The notes under the pieces: generated by a model | What the model saw: only the letters and a program-made list of their open reading frames with translations | Databases searched by the model: none | What the model was told of the DNA's origin: nothing | Assembly (NCBI GenBank): GCA_964464625.1 | Contig: CAYXKD010000002.1 | Coordinates: forward strand, 32,453-96,452 | DNA length: 64,000 nucleotides | Direction: 5' to 3' | Origin: an uncultured Syntrophomonadaceae bacterium | GTDB lineage: Bacteria > Bacillota > Dethiobacteria > DTU022 | Program-made: the position numbers and the translations under genes | Shown here: in pieces, positions 1-10,363 of the stretch | Layout: each line of letters starts with the position of its first letter | How positions within the stretch are numbered: position 1 is the first letter of the stretch

Positions 1-902
1 GACATAGCCTCTTCCCGCAGGGGCACCTGCGCCAGCTCCACCTCCAACGCGCTGTCGCCGCGGGCTGCCGTCTCCGTCAGAGCACAGCTCAGCCCGGCTC
101 CGCCCAGATCCTGCACCCCCAGGACCAGATCCTTTTCAATTACCTCCAGAGTTGCTTCGACAAGGGCTTTCCCCAGTGCAGCATCTCCCACCTGCACCGG
201 CTGCCGCTCCTCATCCCCCATCCCTTCGGTAAAATCCTCCGAGGCAAACGTAACCCCGTGAATCCCGTCACGCCCCGTCAGCGCCCCGGCCAGCAGAAGC
301 AGATTACCCTCTCCGGCGGCCCGTCCCCGCATCACCCTCTCCGCCGGCAGCAGCCCCACACACATGACATTGGCCAGCGGATTCTCCCGGTAACACTCAT
401 CAAAAAAAAGCTCCAGTGACAGCAGGGGGATATCTGTCCCGGCGGCGTACCAGGAAACCCCCTCCACAGCCCCCTCAAAAAGAAAGCGGCTGCGCCTCTC
501 CCCGAGCGGACCGAAGCGAAGCGAGCCCAGCAGCGCCGCCGGCCGTGCGCCCATGGCCACAATGTCGCGGATGATTCCCCCGGCCCCTGTTGCAGCGCCC
601 TGAAAGGGCTCCACAGCCGTGGGATGATTGTGGCTTTCGATTTTAAATGCCGCCGCCAGACCGCCCCCCAGATCAACCACACCGGCATTCTCACCGGGAC
701 CCTGAAGCACCTGCGGCCCCTCTGTGGGCAGCAGGCGCAGCGCCGCCTTTGAATGCTTGTAGCTGCAGTGCTCCGACCACATCACGCTGTACATATTCAG
801 CTCCACCAGGTTCGGTTCGCCTCCCAGATCCGCCCTGATGCTCTCATATTCTTCGTCAGTGAGCCCCAACTGCCGCCAGGGCTGCTCATCTTTCGCCTTC
901 AT
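1..902 (-). CDS. purL: Phosphoribosylformylglycinamidine synthase subunit PurL. N-terminal part only; the C-terminus runs off the window start.
   Basis: Reverse-strand translation from ATG at 902..900 gives MKAKDEQPWRQLGLTDEEYESIRADLGGEPNLVELNMYSVMWSEHCSYKHSK...IESHNHPTAVEPFQGAATGAGGIIRDIVAMGARP, the classic PurL N-terminus. The frame stays open to position 1. It is not in the ORF track because no stop lies inside the window. Confidence 0.85.
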   Translation of the reverse strand, partial: MKAKDEQPWRQLGLTDEEYESIRADLGGEPNLVELNMYSVMWSEHCSYKHSKAALRLLPTEGPQVLQGPGENAGVVDLGGGLAAAFKIESHNHPTAVEPFQGAATGAGGIIRDIVAMGARPAALLGSLRFGPLGERRSRFLFEGAVEGVSWYAAGTDIPLLSLELFFDECYRENPLANVMCVGLLPAERVMRGRAAGEGNLLLLAGALTGRDGIHGVTFASEDFTEGMGDEERQPVQVGDAALGKALVEATLEVIEKDLVLGVQDLGGAGLSCALTETAARGDSALEVELAQVPLREEAM

Positions 903-931
903 CGGCTCTCTCCTCCCGGGATTTGTACCGT

Positions 932-1450
932 TTAAAACTTAAAACCTTCCCGGCGCAGGCGGTTGTCTTTCTCCTCCACCTGCGCCGCCATCTCCTGGCG
1001 GAAACGCAACAATTTATCCTGCAGCACCCTCTCCTCCAGGGCGAGAATCTGCACCGCCAGCAGGCCGGCATTATAAGCACCGTTTACCGCCACCGTGCCC
1101 ACCGGCACGCCCCGGGGCATCTGCACAATGGACAGGAGCGAATCAATCCCGCCCAGGTGCTCCGTTGCCACCGGCACGCCGATAACCGGCAGCACCGTCA
1201 GCGCGGCAATGACACCTGCCAGGTGGGCGGCGCCGCCCGCACCGGCAATGATCACCTTCAGACCCGCCCCGGATGCCCCCCGGGCATAGCGCATCACCTT
1301 CTCGGTATGGCGGTGCGCACTGGCGATAACCGCCTCATAAACGATGCCGAAGCGTTCCAGCGCAGCGCCCGCCTCTGCCATCACCGGCAGATCAGAATCG
1401 CTGCCCATGATAATACCAACTTCCGGCGGCGCAGACATCCCACCCATCAC
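932..1450 (-). CDS. purE: N5-carboxyaminoimidazole ribonucleotide mutase PurE
   Basis: 172 aa, GTG start. Motifs GIIMGSDSDLPVM and KVIIAGAGGAAHLAGVIAALT are typical of PurE. It sits immediately downstream of purL on the same strand. Confidence 0.9.
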   Translation of the reverse strand: MMGGMSAPPEVGIIMGSDSDLPVMAEAGAALERFGIVYEAVIASAHRHTEKVMRYARGASGAGLKVIIAGAGGAAHLAGVIAALTVLPVIGVPVATEHLGGIDSLLSIVQMPRGVPVGTVAVNGAYNAGLLAVQILALEERVLQDKLLRFRQEMAAQVEEKDNRLRREGFKF

Positions 1451-1508
1451 ACTCCTTCACACCCTTGTTTTTAGCGAGCGGCGGCGCCGCTCCCTGATTT
1501 TAACGTAA

Positions 1509-2807
1509 TTAGCCCAGGAAAAAGTGAATCAGGGCCACCGCCGCCAGCACGTAGACCAGCCAGTGGACCTCTTTCCATCTTCCTGCAACCACCTTGACAA
1601 CGGGATAGGCGATGAAACCGAAAGCAATACCATCGGCGATGCTGTAAGCCAGCGGCATGAAAATGATGGTCAAAAAAGCCGGCAGCGCTTCGGTGAAATC
1701 ATCAAAGTCGATTTTTGTTACCGAACCAACCATGAGCACACCGACTATGACCAGCGCCGGAGCTGTCGCCTCTGTGGGGATCAACCCCGCCAGCGGCGCT
1801 ATGAAAAGACTCAGGAAAAAGAGCAGCCCCGTGACAACTGCGGTGAGCCCCGTGCGGCCGCCCTCTGAAACACCGGCGGTGCTCTCCACATAGGTGGTCA
1901 CCGTGCTGGTGCCCAGCAGGGCGCCGCTCATGGTCCCGATGGCATCGGCAAGCATGGCTCTGTCCACCTTGGGCAGCCGCCCCTCCTTATCAAGAAAACC
2001 GGCGCGCGCGCCCGTCCCCAGCAGCGTCCCCATTGTGTCGAAAACATCGACAAAGACAAAGGAGAAAATCACAAAAATGGGGATGGATAAGGCCGCTTTC
2101 AGATCCAGCTTAAAGGCAATGGGAGCCAGCGTGGCGGGCATGCCGAAGATATCGCCCAGACCCGTAGGCAGCGCCTTAATCCCCATGAAGAAACTCACTA
2201 TCGTAGTCAGCAGGATTCCGATAAGGATGCCCCCCCGCACTTTGCGAGCCATGAGCACAGCCGTGATGAGGATACCGATAAGAGTGAGCAGCGGCCCCGG
2301 TTCGGTGAGATTGCCCATGGTGATCTGCGTCGCCGGATCGGTAACGATGATCCCGCCGCCCTGCAGCCCGATATAGGCGATGAAAAGCCCGATTCCTGCA
2401 GCCACCGCCCGTTTAAGCGTTATCGGGACGGCGGCATCAATATATCCTATCGCGCGGGTCAGCACCAGGATGGTGAAGACCACCCCGGAAATAAAGACAG
2501 CGCCCAGCGCAGTCTGCCAGCCGTACTGGGAGGCCACTACAAAGGAGAAAAATGCATTTAAACCCATACCGCTGGCCAGTGCAAAGGGATAATTGGTCAG
2601 CAACCCCATAAGGATGGTGGTCAGACCGGCGGCGATAATCGTAGCCGTCATCACAGCCCCGAAATCCATTCCCGCACCGAATTCGTCACTGAGGAGCGCC
2701 GGGTTTACAAAGATGATGTAGGCCATGGTCATAAAAGTGGTAATTCCCGCAATGACCTCTGTACGGACGTTCGTATTGTTCTCCTTAAGCTTGAACAACT
2801 TTTCCAT
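1509..2807 (-). CDS. NCS2 family purine permease (adenine/guanine/hypoxanthine permease, PbuG/AzgA-like)
   Basis: 432 aa polytopic membrane protein. The N-terminus MEKLFKLKENNTNVRTEVIAGITTFMTMAYIIFVNP is typical of AzgA/PbuG-type permeases. It is adjacent to pur genes. Confidence 0.85.
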   Translation of the reverse strand: MEKLFKLKENNTNVRTEVIAGITTFMTMAYIIFVNPALLSDEFGAGMDFGAVMTATIIAAGLTTILMGLLTNYPFALASGMGLNAFFSFVVASQYGWQTALGAVFISGVVFTILVLTRAIGYIDAAVPITLKRAVAAGIGLFIAYIGLQGGGIIVTDPATQITMGNLTEPGPLLTLIGILITAVLMARKVRGGILIGILLTTIVSFFMGIKALPTGLGDIFGMPATLAPIAFKLDLKAALSIPIFVIFSFVFVDVFDTMGTLLGTGARAGFLDKEGRLPKVDRAMLADAIGTMSGALLGTSTVTTYVESTAGVSEGGRTGLTAVVTGLLFFLSLFIAPLAGLIPTEATAPALVIVGVLMVGSVTKIDFDDFTEALPAFLTIIFMPLAYSIADGIAFGFIAYPVVKVVAGRWKEVHWLVYVLAAVALIHFFLG

Positions 2808-2890
2808 TATAAACCTCCTAAAATGGTTCTGCTCTAGATTACCAAAAGAATCGCCTTTTTACTCTTTTCCCAGGGATCACCCCCCAGTTC

Positions 2891-2940
2891 AAAAGCCCGG
2901 GCAAGTAGGCTGCGAGCGAAACCTACCCGCCTGGGCTTTT
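2891..2940 (-). promoter_or_regulatory. Terminator-like hairpin in the 5' leader of the purine permease. Candidate attenuator or riboswitch expression platform.
   Basis: AAAA-GCCCGGGCAAGTAGG-CTGCGAGCGAAA-CCTACCCGCCTGGGC-TTTT. The stem is two-part and GC-rich, with A/T tracts on both sides. It lies about 90 nt upstream of the permease ATG inside a ~150-nt leader. Confidence 0.3.
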
Positions 2941-3335
2941 ATCCCTCCGGTGTAGCGCCAAAAAAGGCTCCCCAAAGGTTGCCCCCTTAAACGCCTGTAC
3001 CACTTGGACCAGCCTGGACAGGTGAAGCAAAGCATCTCCGGCCTCACCGCTCAGCGGAACCCTAGGTACACTTTCCCTCGTAATGCAAATTATAAGCATC
3101 GAGAGTAATATAGTATTTCCAATCCATACTTGTTTCGCCATGATCGGGCAGATCCCTTTCAACTTTCCAGATTTAATTCCAGGATCCATCAAATATCTCA
3201 GATGCAACAGCCTGGAAGCCCAAAAGAAAGAAAGGCGCCATTTCGCCCTTTTAGGACATCCTGATCCCGTAACCCCGGGTTTACCTTTTCCTGAAGATGG
3301 CTTAAAATGTATTTAGTAAAACAGGAGGCGATAAC

Positions 3336-3860
3336 ATGGATTCAATCATGGAAACTGTTGCCAAAATGATGGCTCTTTCCGCCCGCACCGCCCCGAAAGC
3401 GGTTGGTGCCGATTTTGTCGAGATCAAAATACTGAGCGGCAAAGAGATAGAGGAACTGGCTGCTGAAATGATCAGATACAGCCGGGAAGAAGGAAAGCAT
3501 AATTACGACCGCGACGGCGAGAATGTGCGCCGCTCCGGCGCTGTCCTGCTGCTTTCATTATCTGATTCCGAGCCTATCTGGCAGGATTGCGGCGCCTGCG
3601 GTTTCAATTCATGCCGCGAGATGAAAGAAAAGCTCGGCGATGGCACAGAGTTTGCCGGCCCGGTGTGCAGCTGGCGCCTTATAGATCTTGGTATTGCCCT
3701 GGGATCTGCAGTAAAAACAGCTTCACTCTTTAATGTGGACAACCGGATCATGTACCGCATCGGCGTCTCCGCCCGCAGGCTGGGCTTGATCAAAGGTGAG
3801 ATTGTTGTGGGAGTCCCCCTCTCTGCCACGGGGAAAAATATCTACTTTGACCGCAAGTAA
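3336..3860 (+). CDS. Ferredoxin-domain protein (DUF2148-like), with a CGACGFNSC cysteine motif
   Basis: 174 aa ORF with a GGAGG RBS 7 nt upstream of the ATG. The cysteine pattern and size match the DUF2148 family as recalled; this is not verifiable without a search. Confidence 0.5.
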   Translation: MDSIMETVAKMMALSARTAPKAVGADFVEIKILSGKEIEELAAEMIRYSREEGKHNYDRDGENVRRSGAVLLLSLSDSEPIWQDCGACGFNSCREMKEKLGDGTEFAGPVCSWRLIDLGIALGSAVKTASLFNVDNRIMYRIGVSARRLGLIKGEIVVGVPLSATGKNIYFDRK

Positions 3861-3894
3861 GCTGCCGGCAACGCAGGGGAGCACCCCACCCCGG

Positions 3895-3920
3895 CCCTCT
3901 CCCCCGCAAGGGGGAGGGGG
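3895..3920 (+). terminator. GC-rich hairpin terminator downstream of the DUF2148-like gene
   Basis: CCCTCTCCCCC-GCAA-GGGGGAGGGGG is a perfect stem. The T-tract is weak. Confidence 0.4.
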
Positions 3921-4021
3921 AAAGCGGCGCCAGCCCTCCCTCTCCCCTGGCTGGAGAGGAACAGGATAAATGGTTTGTTGCATCACTCTCATCGCTGTTG
4001 TACAATCGCTAGAGTATTTTC

Positions 4022-4040
4022 TCATGATTTTCTCATGATT
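4022..4040 (+). promoter_or_regulatory. Two direct copies of TCATGATT, 11 bp apart, overlapping the promoter/RBS region of the TupA-like gene
   Basis: ttttcTCATGATTttcTCATGATTaagggggata-ATG. The core is the same as the CCATGATT array at 7715-7763. Confidence 0.3.
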
Positions 4041-4053
4041 AAGGGGGATAATT

Positions 4054-5028
4054 ATGCCCGTTGCACTGAAAGCCGCCTTTTTAAAAACAAAGACTGGACA
4101 GCGGATACGGAATAAACGCTTACTATATCTTGACCGTAAACAGTACAGGTCAATGCGTAAAATGATTCTTAACGAATCACCTGAAAAGGCAATCCGATCT
4201 CACTGGGATAGCCACATGAAATACCCTCTTAATCTTAATAAACCGCAGTCATTTAATGAAAAGCTGCAGTGGTTAAAGCTAAACTGGTACGACGAGCGCT
4301 CCCCTGTTTGTGCCAACAAGCACCTGGTCAGGGAATATGTAAGCAGCAAGGGTTTGGACCATATCCTGATCAAGCAGCTTGGATTCTATAAATCCCCCCG
4401 TGAGATTGATTTCAAGGTACTTCCAGACAGATTTGTGCTCAAGCCCTCGCACGATTCAGGACATACAATAATATGTCAGGATAAGAGCAATCTAGACATT
4501 AGAAAAACCAGAAATAATTTAAAGAAATGGCTTTCTGTTGATTACGAATATATGAGTGGTGAATGGGTCTATCGCAGCGAGAAATACATTGTCTGCGAAG
4601 AATATCTGGAAGATAAAGATGTTGGGGAAATAGTAGATTACAAGATTTTTTGTTTCAACGGGGACCCCACGATAATCTGTTTGATCAGTGACCGCGCCCG
4701 GGAAGAGAAAAACGACTTTTATGATCTTGAATGGAACCTCTTGCCCTTCTGTTCCGAAAAGGAACAGAGCGGTAAGATCTTTCCCAAACCATCCAGACTG
4801 GACGATATGATCAGGTATGCAAAATTACTATCCGCAGGTTTTCCTTTTGTACGGGCCGATTTTTACCAGGTTGGTGAAAAAGTTTATTTTGGAGAGCTAA
4901 CGTTTTTTAATGAAGGAGGTTTCTGTAATTTTCAACCGGAAAGCATCGATTTTGAATTAGGCTCATTATTAACTCTACCCCTGGAGAAGTCCCATCCCTG
5001 GGGGATGTTACTTTCTAAAAATCATTAG
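4054..5028 (+). CDS. TupA-like ATP-grasp family protein (teichuronic acid / polysaccharide biosynthesis ATP-grasp)
   Basis: 324 aa with an AAGGGGGA RBS. Conserved blocks are FVLKPSHDSGHTIICQDKS, DYKIFCFNGDP, FYDLEWNLLPF and VRADFYQVGEKVYFGELTFF, characteristic of ATPgrasp_TupA. The gene is clearly lower in GC than its neighbours. Confidence 0.75.
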   Translation: MPVALKAAFLKTKTGQRIRNKRLLYLDRKQYRSMRKMILNESPEKAIRSHWDSHMKYPLNLNKPQSFNEKLQWLKLNWYDERSPVCANKHLVREYVSSKGLDHILIKQLGFYKSPREIDFKVLPDRFVLKPSHDSGHTIICQDKSNLDIRKTRNNLKKWLSVDYEYMSGEWVYRSEKYIVCEEYLEDKDVGEIVDYKIFCFNGDPTIICLISDRAREEKNDFYDLEWNLLPFCSEKEQSGKIFPKPSRLDDMIRYAKLLSAGFPFVRADFYQVGEKVYFGELTFFNEGGFCNFQPESIDFELGSLLTLPLEKSHPWGMLLSKNH

Positions 5029-5121
5029 TGCCGGAACAGGCCTTAAGCTGTAAACTGTAAGCTCTAAGGACGCGCCCCGATAACCTTCACGCACATTTTT
5101 ACTTCCACTGTTTTTCCCGTT

Positions 5122-5153
5122 CTCCCCCTCCCCTCTTGAAAGGGGAGGGGGAG
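5122..5153. terminator. Bidirectional GC-rich hairpin between convergent genes
   Basis: CTCCCCCTCCCCTC-TTGAAA-GGGGAGGGGGAG. It lies between the end of the ATP-grasp gene (+) and the end of the DUF5050 gene (-). The sequence resembles the 3895-3920 hairpin. Confidence 0.45.
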
Positions 5154-5177
5154 TGGGAAATGAATTACCCGTCTAAT

Positions 5178-6272
5178 CTAATCCACCTTTGTCCGGCCGC
5201 TTCCGTCGAGACCCATGCGGTAGAGGCTCTTACCGTCATCGATATTGATGTAGTACATCCATTCGTCAAAAATGAAGATACCGCCGCAATAATCGCTGCT
5301 CAGCTGCTCCTGAGCACTGCCATCGGGCCTGATGCGGCAGATCTCACCGCTGTGCGCCTTACTGTAATAGAGCCATCCCTCCCCACAGTTCAGGAATGCC
5401 GGCTCCACATCGCCCACCCTGGATGCTACGCCGCCCGATAGGCCCATCCGGTAAAGCGAGCGCCCCCCCAGGTAGATTTCCGTCTCAAAGATATCCCCGA
5501 CAAAATAAATATTATCATCCAGTATGTTCATAAAGTATGCATCGCCGCCATAGATCATACTGCGCCCGCCGCTTTCAAGATCGGCTTTGCAAAGCTGCGG
5601 TTTTTCATCGAAACCGCGGTAATAAAGCGAGCCGCCTTCCACATTGAAGAAATCGGCCCGGCTATCTGTCAACAGCTCTTTCCCGCTGCCGTCGGCCTCA
5701 ATGCAGTATATTTTCGGATTCTCTGTGCCGGCTTCCCCATAATAGTAAAGCCTGCCCTCCACCAGCTGCAGATTTGCCGCCCGATCTGGAGATATTACCG
5801 TGCGCCCGCCGCCGTCAAGGTCGATCCGCACAATGGGGCCGTACACTATGAAGGTGAACTCCTCACCCATGAGCTCATCATAGAAAGTTTCGGGCTCTCC
5901 CATGGCCACATAGTAGATATACTGCTCCGTAGCATTGATATACTGGGGGACATCATCGCTCAGTTTCATCCGCCCGCTGCCGTCAAGCCCGGCCCGGTAG
6001 AGCTTTCCTCCATCGGCAGGAGAGCCGTAGTAGATCTCACTGCCCTGCATCGCCACCAGGCCGCCATTTAGAATATTTCCGGCGCTGTTGCCCTGCGCCG
6101 GCCCCGCCTCCTCTTCACTGCTCTCCCCGGGCCCGGGCGAACCGTTTTCCCCATTTTCGACTGCTTCATCTTCCTCTTTCATCAATTCTTTCAGTGCACA
6201 CCCTCCCGGCAGAAAGAGGCAAAGGCACAGTAACACCATAACCGCCGTAAACATGAGAAGTTTTTTATTCAT
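5178..6272 (-). CDS. DUF5050-domain lipoprotein
   Basis: 364 aa. Signal peptide with lipobox (LPGGC). Acidic G/E/S-rich linker. Repeated LYRxGLDGSGRxKL motifs typical of DUF5050 beta-propeller-like repeats. Confidence 0.65.
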   Translation of the reverse strand: MNKKLLMFTAVMVLLCLCLFLPGGCALKELMKEEDEAVENGENGSPGPGESSEEEAGPAQGNSAGNILNGGLVAMQGSEIYYGSPADGGKLYRAGLDGSGRMKLSDDVPQYINATEQYIYYVAMGEPETFYDELMGEEFTFIVYGPIVRIDLDGGGRTVISPDRAANLQLVEGRLYYYGEAGTENPKIYCIEADGSGKELLTDSRADFFNVEGGSLYYRGFDEKPQLCKADLESGGRSMIYGGDAYFMNILDDNIYFVGDIFETEIYLGGRSLYRMGLSGGVASRVGDVEPAFLNCGEGWLYYSKAHSGEICRIRPDGSAQEQLSSDYCGGIFIFDEWMYYINIDDGKSLYRMGLDGSGRTKVD

Positions 6273-6456
6273 TTTTCCGCCCCCTCACCTGTGATTGTGC
6301 TGTGGCAATCACATACCTGTTTTACTTACTCTCCCATAAACAGGAGATAAATTCAACAGTACTTTCAACAATCTGCCGCCCTCTACCCGGCAGGCTTCTC
6401 GTTCCTGGTGAGGTTAAAGGGTGATCCCTCTGCAGCTTTCCTTAAGGCAGGCAGCC

Positions 6457-7608
6457 TTATCCAAGTTTTTCCTTTGCCAGGGCCCGGCCGATAAGCAGCC
6501 GCTGGATCTGCGCCGTGCCCTCGTAAACCTGGAATACTTTCGCATCCCGCATCAGCTTCTCCGCAGGATAATCTTTGACGTAGCCGTAGCCGCCGAAGAT
6601 CTGAGCGGCATCCGTGGTAATGCGCATGACCATGTCGCCGCAGAAAACCTTCGCTATTGCCGCCTCCCTGGAATTGTCCATCCCCTGCTCACCCTTCCAT
6701 GCTGCCTGCCAGGCGAGCAGACGGCCTGCCGCGATATCCTTGGCCATATCCGCCAGCATGAACATAACCGACTGGTGCATGAAGATAGGATGTCCAAACT
6801 GTCCCCGTTCCAGTGCATACTGCAGTGCAACATCCAGCGCCCTGCGAGCCACTCCCACGGCCGAAGCAGCCACCCCGGGGCGGGAATGATTGAAAGTCTG
6901 CATAATGATCCGGAAACCCTCTCCTTCCTCACCGAGCCGGTCCTCTTCGGGAACAACAACATCATCAAAAACAACGTCTGTTGTATCGGCGGCGCGCTGC
7001 CCCATCTTATCCTCTTTTTTACCTACAGAAACACCCTCGGCATTTCTGGGGACGATGAAAGCTGTAATCCCCCGGTGCCCCTTTGACTTGTCCAATGTGG
7101 CAAAAACAACGTAGTAATCGGCCACTCCGCCGTTGGTGATAAAGCACTTGTTGCCGCTGATAACATACTCCCCATTGCGGCGGACCGCCCTGGTCGTCAG
7201 CGCCGCCACATCGGATCCCGCCTCCGGCTCGGTTACGCAAAAAGCCAGTAGCTTCTCATCGCGGCAGGCAGTGCCGAGATATTTCTCTTTCTGGGCAGCG
7301 CTGCCTTTGTTGATCAGCGGAATCGCCGCCAGGCTGTTGATGGCAATGCTGGTTGATATCCCCGAGCACCCTGCGGAGAGCTCCTCGGCAATGAGCAGCT
7401 GGTCAACGGCACCTATACCTCCTCCACCGTACTCCTCTGGAACGGGACCGTAAACCAGGCCGGCCTTGAAAGCCTTTTTCAAGATTTCAGCGGGGAATTC
7501 CCCGCTGCGGTCGTACTCCGCCGCTACCGGAACTATCTCTGCCTCCGTAAAATCGCGGGCCATCTTCTGAATGGCCTCCTGCTCAGGTGTCAACGAGAAA
7601 TCAATCAT
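6457..7608 (-). CDS. Acyl-CoA dehydrogenase (short-chain/butyryl-CoA dehydrogenase-like)
   Basis: 383 aa. Contains YxGxGYVKDYPAEKLMRDAKVxQIYEGTxQIQRL and CVTEPEAGSD motifs of the ACAD family. Confidence 0.9.
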   Translation of the reverse strand: MIDFSLTPEQEAIQKMARDFTEAEIVPVAAEYDRSGEFPAEILKKAFKAGLVYGPVPEEYGGGGIGAVDQLLIAEELSAGCSGISTSIAINSLAAIPLINKGSAAQKEKYLGTACRDEKLLAFCVTEPEAGSDVAALTTRAVRRNGEYVISGNKCFITNGGVADYYVVFATLDKSKGHRGITAFIVPRNAEGVSVGKKEDKMGQRAADTTDVVFDDVVVPEEDRLGEEGEGFRIIMQTFNHSRPGVAASAVGVARRALDVALQYALERGQFGHPIFMHQSVMFMLADMAKDIAAGRLLAWQAAWKGEQGMDNSREAAIAKVFCGDMVMRITTDAAQIFGGYGYVKDYPAEKLMRDAKVFQVYEGTAQIQRLLIGRALAKEKLG

Positions 7609-7714
7609 GGTAAACCTCCTGTTAAATTATTGTGAGGGACAATTCTGCCCTTTGTTGATTATATCTTAAATAAAAGCGGTTGTCTGCAAATTTAAAATCT
7701 TCTTCTCCACTTTT

Positions 7715-7763
7715 CCATGATTGGTCCATGATTATCCCATGATTTAGCCATACTGCCATGATT
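7715..7763. promoter_or_regulatory. Array of four to five CCATGATT direct repeats with 11-bp phasing. Candidate transcription-factor binding array upstream of the acyl-CoA dehydrogenase.
   Basis: CCATGATT at 7715, 7726, 7737 and 7756, with a degenerate CCATACT at 7748. It lies ~110-155 bp upstream of the ACAD start codon (7608). Confidence 0.3.
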
Positions 7764-7884
7764 TGACGACAATAACCTTTTCGCGGTGGACACCCCTGCC
7801 CCCGGCTATGTGCCCGGCACTATCAACCCGCGCCCGGGACTCTCGTCCCTCCCCTTAGACTGCACCCATGCCTGGCGCACCTAG

Positions 7885-7919
7885 AAAAATTGGCAGGGAG
7901 CTATTTCACTCCCTGCCAA
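7885..7919 (-). terminator. Intrinsic terminator of groEL
   Basis: Minus-strand TTGGCAGGGAG-TGAAATAG-CTCCCTGCCAA followed by TTTTT. It lies 60 nt downstream of the groEL stop. Confidence 0.6.
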
Positions 7920-7978
7920 TCCTTACCGGCAGCTTTTCCCGCCGGTTTTTCAAGCTAAAACAGCTTTATTTTACATCT

Positions 7979-9604
<1,626 letters not shown>

Positions 9605-9662
9605 TTAACCTCCTTTACTTTCTTACTTTCTTCTTTTAATTGTTATCCCTCAAACGAGCTAC

Positions 9663-9950
9663 CTACTGGACCAGCGCCAGCACATCATCCTGCCTTAATA
9701 TGAGATACTCTTCGCCTTTGACCTTGACTTCTGTTCCGGCGTAACGGGAGAAAATGACTTTATCTCCTACTTTAAGATCCATATCCAGCCTGGTTCCGTT
9801 TTCCAGCACCTTGCCAGGACCTACCGCCATAACTTCACCTTCCTGCGGCTTCTCCTTTGCCTTGTCTGGCAAAACGATCCCGCTGGCGGTCTTCTCTTCA
9901 GCCTCCAGGACCTTGACCACAAGGCGGTCGCTTAGGGGTTTAAGATTCAT
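9663..9950 (-). CDS. groS: Co-chaperonin GroES (10 kDa)
   Basis: 95 aa, [29 protein letters not shown]. It sits immediately upstream of groEL. Confidence 0.95.
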   Translation of the reverse strand: MNLKPLSDRLVVKVLEAEEKTASGIVLPDKAKEKPQEGEVMAVGPGKVLENGTRLDMDLKVGDKVIFSRYAGTEVKVKGEEYLILRQDDVLALVQ

Positions 9951-9983
9951 CCTGTCTGCCTCCTTTGATTGTAATTAGTTTGA

Positions 9984-10013
9984 TTAGCAGCACTCATTGA
10001 GGGTGAGTGCTAA
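9984..10013 (-). promoter_or_regulatory. CIRCE (HrcA operator) upstream of groES
   Basis: The minus strand reads TTAGCACTC-ACCCTCAAT-GAGTGCTGCTAA. This matches the consensus TTAGCACTC-N9-GAGTGCTAA except for a 3-nt (GCT) insertion in the right arm. It lies 34 nt upstream of the groES ATG. Confidence 0.85.
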
Positions 10014-10363
10014 CAAGGCCTATAAAAAATATACCAGAATCGTTGATTGATGCAACTCTGATAAAGGGCTTTAAACAGGGCTGCAAGGGTTTATATCCAC
10101 GCTTATCTCGTCATAGCTAATAATATCTGTCTATTTTAACGTATTACTCCAATACCCATCACAGTCTGCTAATTTCTATTATTAACCGCCTTAAACTGGA
10201 TTATACATGAAGAGGGGGCCGGTGCCGCCACCGCCGGATCAGCCCCCTTAAACTGCCTTTCTGTGCCGCATGGGAGAGAACAGCCCCGCCCACCTGCTCC
10301 GCCCCCACCCCTCAGAAAAAGGTGAATTTAGCGCAGGCTTCTTTCTTCCCAGGGAGAGAAGTT

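Noticed and set aside
332-1474. ORFs 332-694(-), 647-838(+), 753-935(+), 923-1474(+) and 1095-1289(+)
   Set aside because: All are out-of-frame or antisense to purL and purE, whose translations carry diagnostic motifs. Their products are Arg/Pro/His-rich nonsense.
2808-3100. Guanine/adenine (purine) riboswitch upstream of the NCS2 permease
   Set aside because: This was expected from context, but the leader lacks the conserved J1-2 UAUA, L2 AUAUGG, J2-3 GUUUCUACC and L3 CCGUAAAU elements. It is kept only as an unclassified structured leader.
6421-7086. 221-aa plus-strand ORF, and the other short ORFs overlapping the acyl-CoA dehydrogenase
   Set aside because: Antisense shadow ORFs inside a gene with unambiguous ACAD motifs.
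10001-10363. Possible tRNA or small RNA in the long groES upstream region
   Set aside because: No cloverleaf-compatible segment or conserved tRNA boxes could be discerned by eye. Only a GC hairpin (approx. 10213-10250) was seen, likely the terminator of the small upstream ORF.
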